This document shows positions 20,032-28,378 of a stretch of DNA of 64,000 nt, piece after piece; positions within the stretch are counted from its first letter, which is position 1; every line of letters begins with the position of its first letter. The notes under the pieces are model-generated. The model saw only the letters and a program-made list of their open reading frames with translations. It did no database searches and was not told the DNA's origin. The stretch lies in IMG/VR virus record IMGVR_UViG_3300046170_000173. One strand, written 5' to 3'. The DNA comes from a virus. Position numbers and translations under genes: made by a program.

Positions 20032-20159
20032 GTGTAGGAATGTTGGGTATTCTTGCGGTCTTTTTGTGCCCTATGGTATTTGGTGGTATTACGATGTACT
20101 ACTGTCACAAAACTATACATAAAGAAACACTAAGACGATGGGGTAAGGATGAAGTTTAA
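20028..20159 (+). CDS. small membrane protein, 43 aa
   Basis: GTGA overlap; hydrophobic N-terminus. Confidence 0.5.
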   Translation: MSVGMLGILAVFLCPMVFGGITMYYCHKTIHKETLRRWGKDEV

Positions 20160-20526
20160 GATTGTGTACAAAAACGAGAGCGAGTCTATATTCCCTTGGA
20201 AGTCTCGTTTTCGTGGTGTTGTATTGTGGCCCTATATGATCATGCGACCTAGAAAATACGCAACTGGGGAGATCGCTCAATCAGAAATGATGACACGTCG
20301 TTCTCTCGTGAAGCTGTATCGTCATGAGTTACAACATTGTTATCAGATCAAACAGAGAGGGATATTGGGGTTCTATATACGATATGTCTTTCTTAATTTC
20401 ACTAAGGGATATCAGAACCACCCAGACGAACTAGAGGCGCGTCAGTACGAGAATGAAAGACTGACCCCGTTAGAAGAAAAGTGGCTCCATGAAGGGGTCG
20501 TGAATTTAAACGATTTGGACACTTGA
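20149..20526 (+). CDS. HExxH zincin-like protein
   Basis: RHELQHCYQ...HPDELEA. Confidence 0.7.
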   Translation: MKFKIVYKNESESIFPWKSRFRGVVLWPYMIMRPRKYATGEIAQSEMMTRRSLVKLYRHELQHCYQIKQRGILGFYIRYVFLNFTKGYQNHPDELEARQYENERLTPLEEKWLHEGVVNLNDLDT

Positions 20527-20564
20527 CAGGTCTCTTAGTTTTTGATACAATATACACATAATTT

Positions 20565-20640
20565 TGGCGAGTAGCTCAGTTGGTAGAGCCGATGACTGTT
20601 AATCATCTGGTCGCAGGTTCGAGCCCTGCCTCGCCAGCCA
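20565..20640 (+). tRNA. tRNA-Asn(GTT)
   Basis: Cloverleaf, CT-GTT-AA, CCA. Confidence 0.97.
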
Positions 20641-20644
20641 TTTT

Positions 20645-20729
20645 GCGAGAGTGGTGGAATTGGTAGACACGCTGGTTTTAGGTACCAGTGCCGCAAGGCG
20701 TGAGAGTTCGAGTCTCTCCTTTCGCACCA
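20645..20729 (+). tRNA. tRNA-Leu(TAG)
   Basis: Long variable arm, TT-TAG-GT, CCA. Confidence 0.96.
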
Positions 20730-20754
20730 TTTATTATGATCCAGTGAGAGTAGT

Positions 20755-21109
20755 ATGACTATGAAGGCAGGAAAGATTTGGGGACAGACAGAACTCATTC
20801 ATGCGAATGGCGTTCTAGAATTTCATCGTATCGAATACAAGAAAGGTTTCAAGTGCTCCGAACATCTCCACGAATATAAGTGGAACGGGTTCTTCGTAGA
20901 GTCCGGTGAGATGATCGTGCGCGTATGGCAAGATGACCAAGACGGTCTTGTTGATGAGACCATACTACGTGCGGGTGAGTTTCACCCAAGTCAGGCCAGG
21001 TAAGATTCACCAGTTCGAAGGTGTAAAAGACGGTGTTGCATTTGAGTTGTATTGGGCAGAGTTCAATCACAACGATATCGTTCGACGCACCATTGGGAGC
21101 AAATCTTAA
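20755..21109 (+). CDS. cupin-fold protein (one extra T at ~20980)
   Basis: KIWG, SEHLHEYK, and after correction PGKIHQF...AFELY. Confidence 0.8.
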
Positions 21110-21411
21110 TGCCTCCTAAACAAGGACGTGGAGACCCAATGGTACGTGCAGACGGTCGCACTAAACCCGATCGCGCATGGTACCCCGACAACTTCGATTG
21201 GTATCTAAAGTGGGTTGCCTCTATTTTAATTCTAGTTTCAATGGCCATGCGTTCTGCCGGACCAGATTATCGCATGTATGACTTGACAATCGGGTTCGTA
21301 GGCATTATACTATGGACTTGGGTATCAGTTATTTGGAAGGATCGCGCACTGATTATGCTAAATGCGGTTTCCTTGTTTATGTTAGGCACAACTATATTGA
21401 GAGAATGGTAA
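21109..21411 (+). CDS. three-helix membrane protein
   Basis: WYLKWVAS...WKDRALIMLN. Confidence 0.75.
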   Translation: MPPKQGRGDPMVRADGRTKPDRAWYPDNFDWYLKWVASILILVSMAMRSAGPDYRMYDLTIGFVGIILWTWVSVIWKDRALIMLNAVSLFMLGTTILREW

Positions 21412-21412
21412 T

Positions 21413-21799
21413 ATGGCTAAGAAGGTATATGCACACACTCCACCCTACTTCAATGAGACGGTAGAATTTGAAAGATACTCGGAAGGTGTGACAATGCGAG
21501 AGGCTGCTGATATTAGTACAGTAGACTATAAGTTTAGTGAAGGTAAGTTGATTGAAGAATTCAAGAATTATGTAGATTCTACATATGGCCAACACTACGC
21601 GAAGCAGAAGTTTCAGGCGACTGAGTTCATCGTAGACGGTGGACACGGTACAGGGTTTTGTATTGGAAACGTGTTGAAGTATGCACAACGGTATGGTAAG
21701 AAAGGAACCGATGCAGACGCACGTAAAGACCTAATGAAAGTTCTCCACTACGCATTGATTCAGTTACACGTACATGACCAATCTACTACTAACCAATAA
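21413..21799 (+). CDS. DUF3310-like protein
   Basis: HY...GFCIGNVLKYAQRYGKK...DLMK. Confidence 0.8.
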   Translation: MAKKVYAHTPPYFNETVEFERYSEGVTMREAADISTVDYKFSEGKLIEEFKNYVDSTYGQHYAKQKFQATEFIVDGGHGTGFCIGNVLKYAQRYGKKGTDADARKDLMKVLHYALIQLHVHDQSTTNQ

Positions 21800-22409
21800 G
21801 ATTTACTATGTCGGTCTGGGCGACCGACTTGACGTAATGGGTGTCGCAAAACATCTCAGCGAACAGGGTCGTGTAAAGATCCTACAACCGCGTGGATGGT
21901 TTCGACAACTAGACGAACTCGTAGACCTGTTCGATTTGAACTGCGTCTACTACCACGGGAAGCCGGTGGATCATGAGGAATATCATCTCCATGATCCAGA
22001 TGGTGATCACTCGTTTTACGACAACCGCGACTTTATTCGATTGAGCGTCGATCTCGATCTGGAGTTGCCAGAGAAATTCGTGACTGTCCAATTCGATGGG
22101 ACACACGGTCATAATAGAATCCGCAACCCGAATAAAATTTTATCGGAGTGGCGAGAAAGGGGGTATGAAATTATCCACGTTGGAGGAAAAGCGAACGATG
22201 ACAGGTTCGCACCGAAGGCGGGTAATCTCAAAAACATTGCGTATGCCATGTCCAAGTCTCACGGACATATCGGTGTCGATTCGGGAATGATGCACCTCGC
22301 AAAGTTCTCAATGGACGCAGATAAAATTTGTGTATATACAGTCATGGAACGAAAAACCAGTTTTGTGCATACCTTAGAACGAAAGGGGGCACAAGTCCTA
22401 ACATATTAG
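21774..22409 (+). CDS. GT9-like glycosyltransferase
   Basis: GLGD and IGVDSGMMHLA. Confidence 0.7.
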   Translation: MTNLLLTNKIYYVGLGDRLDVMGVAKHLSEQGRVKILQPRGWFRQLDELVDLFDLNCVYYHGKPVDHEEYHLHDPDGDHSFYDNRDFIRLSVDLDLELPEKFVTVQFDGTHGHNRIRNPNKILSEWRERGYEIIHVGGKANDDRFAPKAGNLKNIAYAMSKSHGHIGVDSGMMHLAKFSMDADKICVYTVMERKTSFVHTLERKGAQVLTY

Positions 22410-22485
22410 GAGCGGTAGTTCAGTTGGTTAGAATACCGGCCTGTCACGCCGGGGGTCGCGGGTTCGAGTCCCGTCCGCTCCGCCA
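22409..22485 (+). tRNA. tRNA-Asp(GTC)
   Basis: Cloverleaf, CT-GTC-AC, CCA; close to proteobacterial tRNA-Asp. Confidence 0.97.
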
Positions 22486-22502
22486 ACTTTCGAGAGGAAT
22501 TT

Positions 22503-22724
22503 ATGAGATTTCTTGTTGTTATAGTATTGACATTTGTAGTAGGATGTAGTATAATTGTTGCCAATGAAGATGAAAGAATATGTCTTGATTGGAAGTCTAG
22601 GGTAATAGTTCAAGAAAGATGTATTCCCTATTATGGCACAATAATGTGTGCTGATGAAGAGAAAGTTCAAACGTGGTGTGTCCTCTATGAGGAACTTGAA
22701 CCGATGAGGAAAGACGATGCGTAA
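22503..22724 (+). CDS. small putative lipoprotein
   Basis: Signal peptide ending VVGC; Cys-rich. Confidence 0.6.
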   Translation: MRFLVVIVLTFVVGCSIIVANEDERICLDWKSRVIVQERCIPYYGTIMCADEEKVQTWCVLYEELEPMRKDDA

Positions 22725-22956
22725 AAGCATAACCCCATACCTACTAAAATTAGATGACCGACTTTGGGATGAGATTGAAGACAATCGAATGGCACTCAAG
22801 GCATTGTTCCCTTCAGGTGTATCAAAAAAAGAGTTTATCCAGAATGCGATAATCGCATATAACCAGTCGTTTGTTGAGTCTGGGGTTAAGGAAAAGTTAA
22901 GACAAATCCGGCAAGTGGAGATTGAAGATCCACTGTCGCCATACTACGGAGAGTAA
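22717..22956 (+). CDS. hypothetical protein
   Basis: ORF with SD. Confidence 0.65.
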   Translation: MRKSITPYLLKLDDRLWDEIEDNRMALKALFPSGVSKKEFIQNAIIAYNQSFVESGVKEKLRQIRQVEIEDPLSPYYGE

Positions 22957-22957
22957 A

Positions 22958-23158
22958 ATGGCAAGAGGAAAGTTAGAAACCAAGCGCCGTCGTGAAGGTG
23001 CTTTAGAGCGTCTCCGTGCGTCAAAGTTCTTTGAGAAGAACGATCGCACAGAGACAAAATGGCAGGCACGTAAGGACAAGGAGATCGCGATTCTTGAGAT
23101 CTCCCTTGGTCTGAAACAGGCAGCCAAAGTGAAGAGAGAGGAAATCTCTCTCGATTGA
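22958..23158 (+). CDS. small basic protein
   Basis: SD GGAG; RREGALERL. Confidence 0.7.
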   Translation: MARGKLETKRRREGALERLRASKFFEKNDRTETKWQARKDKEIAILEISLGLKQAAKVKREEISLD

Positions 23159-23170
23159 TAGGGGAATGGT

Positions 23171-23323
23171 ATGGAAATCCTAGCAGTTGTAGCAGTAGTT
23201 GTAGTAGTATATTTTATCGTGCGTAGTCGCGGCGGTAAAGGTGGTTCAGGCGGTTCAGGAGGATCCGGAGGTGGCGGTGGTTCAACGCGACCTGACGATG
23301 GTAACAGCGTCAACCGGAAGTGA
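23171..23323 (+). CDS. single-pass Gly-rich microprotein, 50 aa
   Basis: MEILAVVAVVVVVYFIVRSRGGKGGSGGSGGSGGGGGS. Confidence 0.7.
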   Translation: MEILAVVAVVVVVYFIVRSRGGKGGSGGSGGSGGGGGSTRPDDGNSVNRK

Positions 23324-23328
23324 GCTTT

Positions 23329-23397
23329 GGTCCTGAGATGACTTTAAACTCACTCTGGTCGTTACGCCCGTCACCTGAGTATGTGGAAAACTGCTCA
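23329..23397 (+). ncRNA. candidate structured RNA: two tandem small H-type pseudoknots
   Basis: GGTC-C-TGAG-AT-GACT-TTAAA-CTCA and TCAC-C-TGAGTA-T-GTGG-AAAAC-TGCTCA. Confidence 0.5.
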
Positions 23398-23429
23398 ACA
23401 CACAAACACACACACAAAAGGAGACAATT

Positions 23430-23642
23430 ATGTCTAATCCAAACCCATACGAACTTCGGTTCCAAATCTTTAACGAAGCAAGAAATGTCCTAACAGATGA
23501 GTACTGGGCTAAAGTAAATCGCCGAGAAGTTTTGATTGAAACTGGTGGCGTCGATACCGTCCCAGAATTTCCGACATACCCTACTATGCAAGATATCATG
23601 GAAAGGGTAAAAGTCATCAACGAGTTTGTTTCAAACAGTTAA
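23430..23642 (+). CDS. conserved small T4-like phage protein
   Basis: NPYELRFQIF...YPT...INEFVS; CA-rich leader and AAGGAG. Confidence 0.8.
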   Translation: MSNPNPYELRFQIFNEARNVLTDEYWAKVNRREVLIETGGVDTVPEFPTYPTMQDIMERVKVINEFVSNS

Positions 23643-23719
23643 CGGAGATTGGCGCAGTCTGGTAGCGCATTCGCTTTGGGAGCGAAGGGTCGTAGGTTCG
23701 AGTCCTACATCTCCGACCA
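23643..23719 (+). tRNA. tRNA-Pro(TGG)
   Basis: Cloverleaf, TT-TGG-GA, CCA. Confidence 0.96.
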
Positions 23720-23732
23720 ATAAGGAAATGTT

Positions 23733-23894
23733 ATGATACACGAATGGAAAATTTTCTATAAAGGTATTCAGGTGGGTCTCACCTATTCATTGACAGAGTA
23801 CGGTGCGAGAGAACGTTGGTACAATGCACACTCTATGAGTTCAAGTAAGTATTGCGGTCTTTCATTTGATGATGTCTTTGCAAAGCGGGCATGA
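23733..23894 (+). CDS. hypothetical protein, 53 aa
   Basis: SD TAAGGA; MIHEWKIFYKG. Confidence 0.65.
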   Translation: MIHEWKIFYKGIQVGLTYSLTEYGARERWYNAHSMSSSKYCGLSFDDVFAKRA

Positions 23895-23895
23895 C

Positions 23896-24054
23896 ATGTC
23901 TTTGGAAGATTTACATAAATGGGAATTTTATGGGGGTCGTTTCGGCGATTACCAAACACGGTGCCTGCGAAAAGTATTGCGCAGTCTTCGGAATTCCCAC
24001 AGACATGACTCGCACAGGATATGTCCATGTCGTAGCAGAGAGGTTCAAATATGA
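23896..24054 (+). CDS. hypothetical protein
   Basis: Fills gap, ATGA overlap with next gene. Confidence 0.45.
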   Translation: MSLEDLHKWEFYGGRFGDYQTRCLRKVLRSLRNSHRHDSHRICPCRSREVQI

Positions 24055-24302
24055 ACTTTAAATTACCAAGTCCCAATGACATGGGCAATGTGGTCCGTCA
24101 CTCTCTCCATCAATATTTGGAGTGGCACATATGTGAACACTATGGTGTTCACCGTATAGGTGATCTCACAGTAACAGAGATTACCGAAGTCATGGCCGAA
24201 TACTTTAACCAAAAATCTGAAAGACTCGATTCGATGGTTGCGCAGGCACTTAGGATCGCGATAGGAAACTGGGAGGCCAGTAACGGAAAAGGAATCCTAT
24301 GA
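24051..24302 (+). CDS. hypothetical protein
   Basis: SD GAGG. Confidence 0.65.
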   Translation: MNFKLPSPNDMGNVVRHSLHQYLEWHICEHYGVHRIGDLTVTEITEVMAEYFNQKSERLDSMVAQALRIAIGNWEASNGKGIL

Positions 24303-24667
24303 AAAGTTTAACCTTATCTATTTTAATTTTGTTTATTATATCTTTCCAACCACTTCAGGTCAGTGCACAGAAATATTATGGAAAGGATGATTTCAGATTT
24401 TTAAAAAAGGAATATGAAAACCTTACGCCAGGCGTTGAATTTGTTTTGATAAAGAACAAACAAGAATATGACAGGGTAAGAAAGGAACATCTTGGAGTTC
24501 AGTGGGACACTATTAGTGCCTTTGCGTATTGGAACCCTAAGAAAGGTACTTGTAAGATATATATTAAAGATCCGTCATGGAAGTACGAACCTGAGTTGAT
24601 CGGACACGAAGTCGCTCACTGTATCTGGGGTCGTTTTCATAACGGAAGAAAAGGAATGAAACCATAA
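24299..24667 (+). CDS. secreted HExxH protein
   Basis: Signal peptide; GHEVAHCIWG. Confidence 0.7.
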   Translation: MKSLTLSILILFIISFQPLQVSAQKYYGKDDFRFLKKEYENLTPGVEFVLIKNKQEYDRVRKEHLGVQWDTISAFAYWNPKKGTCKIYIKDPSWKYEPELIGHEVAHCIWGRFHNGRKGMKP

Positions 24668-24699
24668 TGAATTCCTTCTTTGGTTTGTTTGAAAAACTA

Positions 24700-24796
24700 A
24701 TAGGGTCTGATTCCCCTATCCAAATAACTGAATCAGTGGTGCCCAGAAGAGCAGAGAGTCTCGTTCCTCTCTCAAATCAACGAACGAGTGGTACCG
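24700..24796 (+). ncRNA. candidate structured RNA: two tandem covarying H-type pseudoknots
   Basis: 6-bp S1 / 1-nt loop / 7-bp S2 in both copies with different stem sequences. Confidence 0.7.
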
Positions 24797-24813
24797 GAGG
24801 CTGGAAAGAATTG

Positions 24814-24890
24814 GCGGGTGTAGCTCAGATGGATAGAGTGTCGGTCTACGAAACCGAAGGTCATAGGTTCGAATCCTATCACCCGCGCCA
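24814..24890 (+). tRNA. tRNA-Arg(ACG)
   Basis: Cloverleaf, CT-ACG-AA, CCA. Confidence 0.96.
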
Positions 24891-24895
24891 GAAAT

Positions 24896-24970
24896 TGGGG
24901 TGTCGCCAAGTGGTAAGGCAACGGGTTTTGATCCCGTCATTCGTAGGTTCGAATCCTTCCACCCCAGCCA
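24896..24970 (+). tRNA. tRNA-Gln(TTG)
   Basis: Cloverleaf, TT-TTG-AT, CCA. Confidence 0.96.
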
Positions 24971-24986
24971 TATGATGAGGAATAGT

Positions 24987-25223
24987 ATGAGTTTTATTAA
25001 AGAGTTAGAAAGACTGCAACAGAACATCAAAGAGTTGAATCAGACATTCGAAGCTCTGACGGAAAGTGTTGAGCGATACCAAAACACTAGAACTCCACCA
25101 GAGTATCCTAACGAATTGCTTGAACACAATGTAGATCTCGAACCAAGATTATCAATTGATGAGATATCTCCACGAGAGTGGGACGCAATTTCTAAAAGGT
25201 TCTATAGAGAACGCAAGTTATAA
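24987..25223 (+). CDS. coiled-coil hypothetical protein
   Basis: SD GAGGA; heptad pattern. Confidence 0.7.
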   Translation: MSFIKELERLQQNIKELNQTFEALTESVERYQNTRTPPEYPNELLEHNVDLEPRLSIDEISPREWDAISKRFYRERKL

Positions 25224-25228
25224 GATTA

Positions 25229-25316
25229 GGTGGGCTGGCTGAGCGGTCGAAAGCGGCGGTCTTGAAAACCGTTGAACCGAGAGGTTCCGTAGGTTCGAAT
25301 CCTACGCCCACCGCCA
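25229..25316 (+). tRNA. tRNA-Ser(TGA)
   Basis: Long variable arm, CT-TGA-AA, CCA. Confidence 0.96.
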
Positions 25317-25402
25317 CTTATTTTCAAAAAGTGTAATATTAACACTTGACACATGCCTATCATTATAGTATACTTGTTTCTGAAATGTGAGAGAGGTTTC
25401 AA

Positions 25403-25975
25403 GTGATCAAGATTTTTTATGTCCACGGTTGGGGTTCTGAGTTTGATCCGACTAGTGACAAGGTTCGTGCGCTGTCTGAGTTAGGTGAAGTTCACGGTGT
25501 TACTGTGACATGGGCAGACGGACATCAACGTGTATTCGATCAACTTACTGAAGAGATTAGTGCGTATCAACCCGACTTACTCGTTGGTACTTCTATGGGT
25601 GGTTACGGTGTCAGTCATCTAGGTACCGAACTCGGCATTCCCTTTGTAGCAATCAACCCCGCAATACGACCCCACGAGACACTTATGAGTCGTGTCGGTA
25701 CTGGTACTGATTACTATGGTCGCGAGTATGAATTGACTTGGCAGACTGTGAGTGCATTCCCTGAGTTTGCTGTCGGTGGTTACGGACTTGTTCTTGTTGC
25801 GATGGATGATGATGTTATTAACGCGCAAGAAACTATAAATAGATACGCAGAACATTACGACTGTCGTGTCTATGAGACTGGTGGACACCGATTCACTAAC
25901 TTACCTGAAGCGATAGTTGAAATTCGAACTTTCTATAACATTGCCGAAGAGGTTTACGGACTTGCTGACATTTAA
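25403..25975 (+). CDS. YqiA/YcfP-like alpha/beta hydrolase (esterase)
   Basis: YVHGWGS, GTSMGG, INPA, DDVI, GGHRF. Confidence 0.88.
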   Translation: MIKIFYVHGWGSEFDPTSDKVRALSELGEVHGVTVTWADGHQRVFDQLTEEISAYQPDLLVGTSMGGYGVSHLGTELGIPFVAINPAIRPHETLMSRVGTGTDYYGREYELTWQTVSAFPEFAVGGYGLVLVAMDDDVINAQETINRYAEHYDCRVYETGGHRFTNLPEAIVEIRTFYNIAEEVYGLADI

Positions 25976-26567
25976 GGGATATTTGAACGAAGGGTTCGTC
26001 AACCTAATCAATGATGATCCTAAGAAATCAGACTACATTGATGCCGTATGGAATATGATTCAGAAGTCATATGCTCCGATCGGTGGTATCAAGAGTAATG
26101 GATTCCAAACGAAAGAAGCGATGATGTCGTTACCGTTCTGGAAGATTGGAACAGTGAAAGGCAAACCTGTCGCAGTAACTATCTACAAAGACAAGGGTGG
26201 ACGAAAGTCTGTCGCGTCTGCGACCGATGGTTCTGACGAAGGTAAGATGCGCATCAAGAACATGATGGCAAACGAACTAAAGCGTTCATATGGTGAGAAA
26301 AGTAAGGCGGCACTTGGTACCGCACTGAAGGTGACTCCACCAGATGTGATCAAACAGTTTCTTATTTTACCTAAAGATGTACAGGCACTAGATCCAAAAG
26401 ATAAGATCATCCCTATCAAGGGGACTCCTAAGAAAGATTGGCCAGCAGACGCCAAGACTACTCTTGAGAAATACCCTTACTTGATCGACTATGGTTATCT
26501 ACGAGACTTCGGAGGAACCATGTTGTTCAAAGTCATGATGGGCACGCCAGGAAAAACAATAAAATAA
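25962..26567 (+). CDS. putative internal virion protein
   Basis: TTG start with SD, N-terminus MLTFKGYLNE; TATAAATA at 25834. Confidence 0.65.
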   Translation: MLTFKGYLNEGFVNLINDDPKKSDYIDAVWNMIQKSYAPIGGIKSNGFQTKEAMMSLPFWKIGTVKGKPVAVTIYKDKGGRKSVASATDGSDEGKMRIKNMMANELKRSYGEKSKAALGTALKVTPPDVIKQFLILPKDVQALDPKDKIIPIKGTPKKDWPADAKTTLEKYPYLIDYGYLRDFGGTMLFKVMMGTPGKTIK

Positions 26568-26654
26568 TTTCAAAAAAAAACTTGACAAACGCCATCTGAT
26601 TATTATATAATTCTGTTCTAACTTGAAAAAGAGTATTTGAGAGGCTCTTATATT

Positions 26655-28070
26655 ATGAAGAAACTATTGACAGTAGCGGTGTCTACTGCACTCCTTAGTG
26701 CATGTTCTGGGGGTGTGGATAACCCATCCGTACCCGACCCCGTAGTCGTAACTCCCCCACCCACAACAATACCTGTCGACCCAGCGGTCGAGTCACGTGA
26801 CAATCTACTCACGTTACTTGACTCTACGTCACCGACAGGTTCATACGAAGTATACATCCTACCCGCAAGTGATGACTTCGACAACATCCCCCAAGATCCC
26901 AGTAATGAGATCACCGCAGAGAAAGTTGCACTGGGCAAGTTGATCTATCACGAAACTGGTATCACCGATGGTAACATCGCGGGTATGGAAGATACTTTCT
27001 CTTGTGCATCATGTCACAACGCACAGAACGGATTCAAGTCCGGTATTCGTCAAGGTATTGGCGAAGGTGGTATCGGTTTTGATCATCGCATGATTGCTGA
27101 AGGAATTAATCCAGAAGATGCTGATGTACAACCAGTAACATCACCTACAGTACTGAATACTGCCTACCAAGAAGTTATGCTTTGGAATGGTCAGTTCGGT
27201 AATGAAGTTGGTGGTATTGTGAACATAGGCATTGACCCAGATCGTCACTTCACGGAAGGTACTCCTAAAGAAGCAAACTTACGAAATCTATCCGGACTAG
27301 AGACTCAGGCAGTCGCGGGTCTTGGTGTTCATCGAATGAATGTTGAAGAAGGTTCCATACTCACAACCAATGAATTGTATCAAATGATGTTCGAAGATGC
27401 ATATGGAATCGCACAACCAGACGACATGTTGGAAGCTGCTGCTCTTGCGGTCGCTGCATTCGAACGAACCGTCCTATCTAACGAGGCACCATTCCAAGAC
27501 TATCTCCGTGGAGATGAGACTGCGATGACTGAGACTCAGGTCGCTGGTGCAGAAGTATTCTTCGGAAAGGGTAACTGTCACTCATGTCACAACGGTGCTG
27601 CACTATCATCACCCAAGGGTGCGATGGCAGACCAAATCTTCATGACTGTCGGATTCCACGATCTCGACATCTGGGAAGACGTGATTGGTGACGTGAATGA
27701 AGCAACACGTGAGGGACGTGGGGGTTTCACTGGAGATACACTGGACAAGTTCAAGTTCAAAGTACCACCACTTTACAATCTTATAGATACAGAAGTGTTT
27801 GGTCATGGTGCTTCGTTCTCTAGCGTAGAAGATGTTGTTAGGTACAAGATTGAAGCGATACCACAACACCCACAAGTAGAGATTGCGGATCTTGACTACA
27901 GGTTCACACCTCTGGATCTGACTGAGGATGAGATTGCAAATCTCGTTGAATTCCTTGAAGTTGGTCTACGAGATGACAATTTGATGCGGTATGTACCTGA
28001 ATCTTTACCCAGTGGTAACTGCCCCGTCAACAACGACGAAGTGTCGCGACAAGAACTAGGTTGCGACTAA
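26655..28070 (+). CDS. di-haem cytochrome c peroxidase/MauG-family lipoprotein
   Basis: Lipobox LLSAC; LGKLIY, CASCH, SPTVLN, CHSCH, FKVPPL. Confidence 0.9.
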   Translation: MKKLLTVAVSTALLSACSGGVDNPSVPDPVVVTPPPTTIPVDPAVESRDNLLTLLDSTSPTGSYEVYILPASDDFDNIPQDPSNEITAEKVALGKLIYHETGITDGNIAGMEDTFSCASCHNAQNGFKSGIRQGIGEGGIGFDHRMIAEGINPEDADVQPVTSPTVLNTAYQEVMLWNGQFGNEVGGIVNIGIDPDRHFTEGTPKEANLRNLSGLETQAVAGLGVHRMNVEEGSILTTNELYQMMFEDAYGIAQPDDMLEAAALAVAAFERTVLSNEAPFQDYLRGDETAMTETQVAGAEVFFGKGNCHSCHNGAALSSPKGAMADQIFMTVGFHDLDIWEDVIGDVNEATREGRGGFTGDTLDKFKFKVPPLYNLIDTEVFGHGASFSSVEDVVRYKIEAIPQHPQVEIADLDYRFTPLDLTEDEIANLVEFLEVGLRDDNLMRYVPESLPSGNCPVNNDEVSRQELGCD

Positions 28071-28081
28071 GAAGGAGAATT

Positions 28082-28291
28082 ATGTCTTACAAAGAATATC
28101 ACGGTGATATCGCTAAGGTCTGTGACCAGTGTGGATATATCATCCAACACATCGAAGATACAGAAACGCAACGTGATATTCTTACAGGTCAATTGAAGTT
28201 TTATGTGAAGTCTCTCAAGGTGGAGTCGGAATTACGCGAAACCTTGGTGCAATCATACGACAAATGCGACGATTGTAAGACATATAAATAG
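28082..28291 (+). CDS. hypothetical protein with two CxxC
   Basis: SD AAGGAG. Confidence 0.65.
   Translation: MSYKEYHGDIAKVCDQCGYIIQHIEDTETQRDILTGQLKFYVKSLKVESELRETLVQSYDKCDDCKTYK
28283..28290 (+). promoter_or_regulatory. T4-type late promoter for tRNA-Ala and downstream RNA
   Basis: TATAAATA 9 nt before the tRNA. Confidence 0.7.
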
Positions 28292-28299
28292 GGAGTATA

Positions 28300-28375
28300 G
28301 GGGCTATAGCTCAGTTGGGAGAGCGCTTGATTTGCATTCAAGAGGTCGTGGGTTCGACTCCCTCTAGCTCCACCA
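28300..28375 (+). tRNA. tRNA-Ala(TGC)
   Basis: GGGGCTA acceptor with G3-U70, TT-TGC-AT, CCA. Confidence 0.96.
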
Positions 28376-28378
28376 GTT

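Noticed and set aside
24691-24736. Pseudoknot as a -1 frameshift stimulator after GAAAAAC
   Set aside because: The spacer is only 2 nt and there is no credible ORF pair to join.
24667-24975. 102-aa ORF coupled to the previous stop
   Set aside because: It runs through both pseudoknots, tRNA-Arg and tRNA-Gln and has no recognisable motif, so it is probably not a protein.
25229-25316. tRNAs with TGA or TAG anticodons as suppressors or a sign of recoding
   Set aside because: These anticodons read Ser UCA and Leu CUA; all three stop codons end genes normally.
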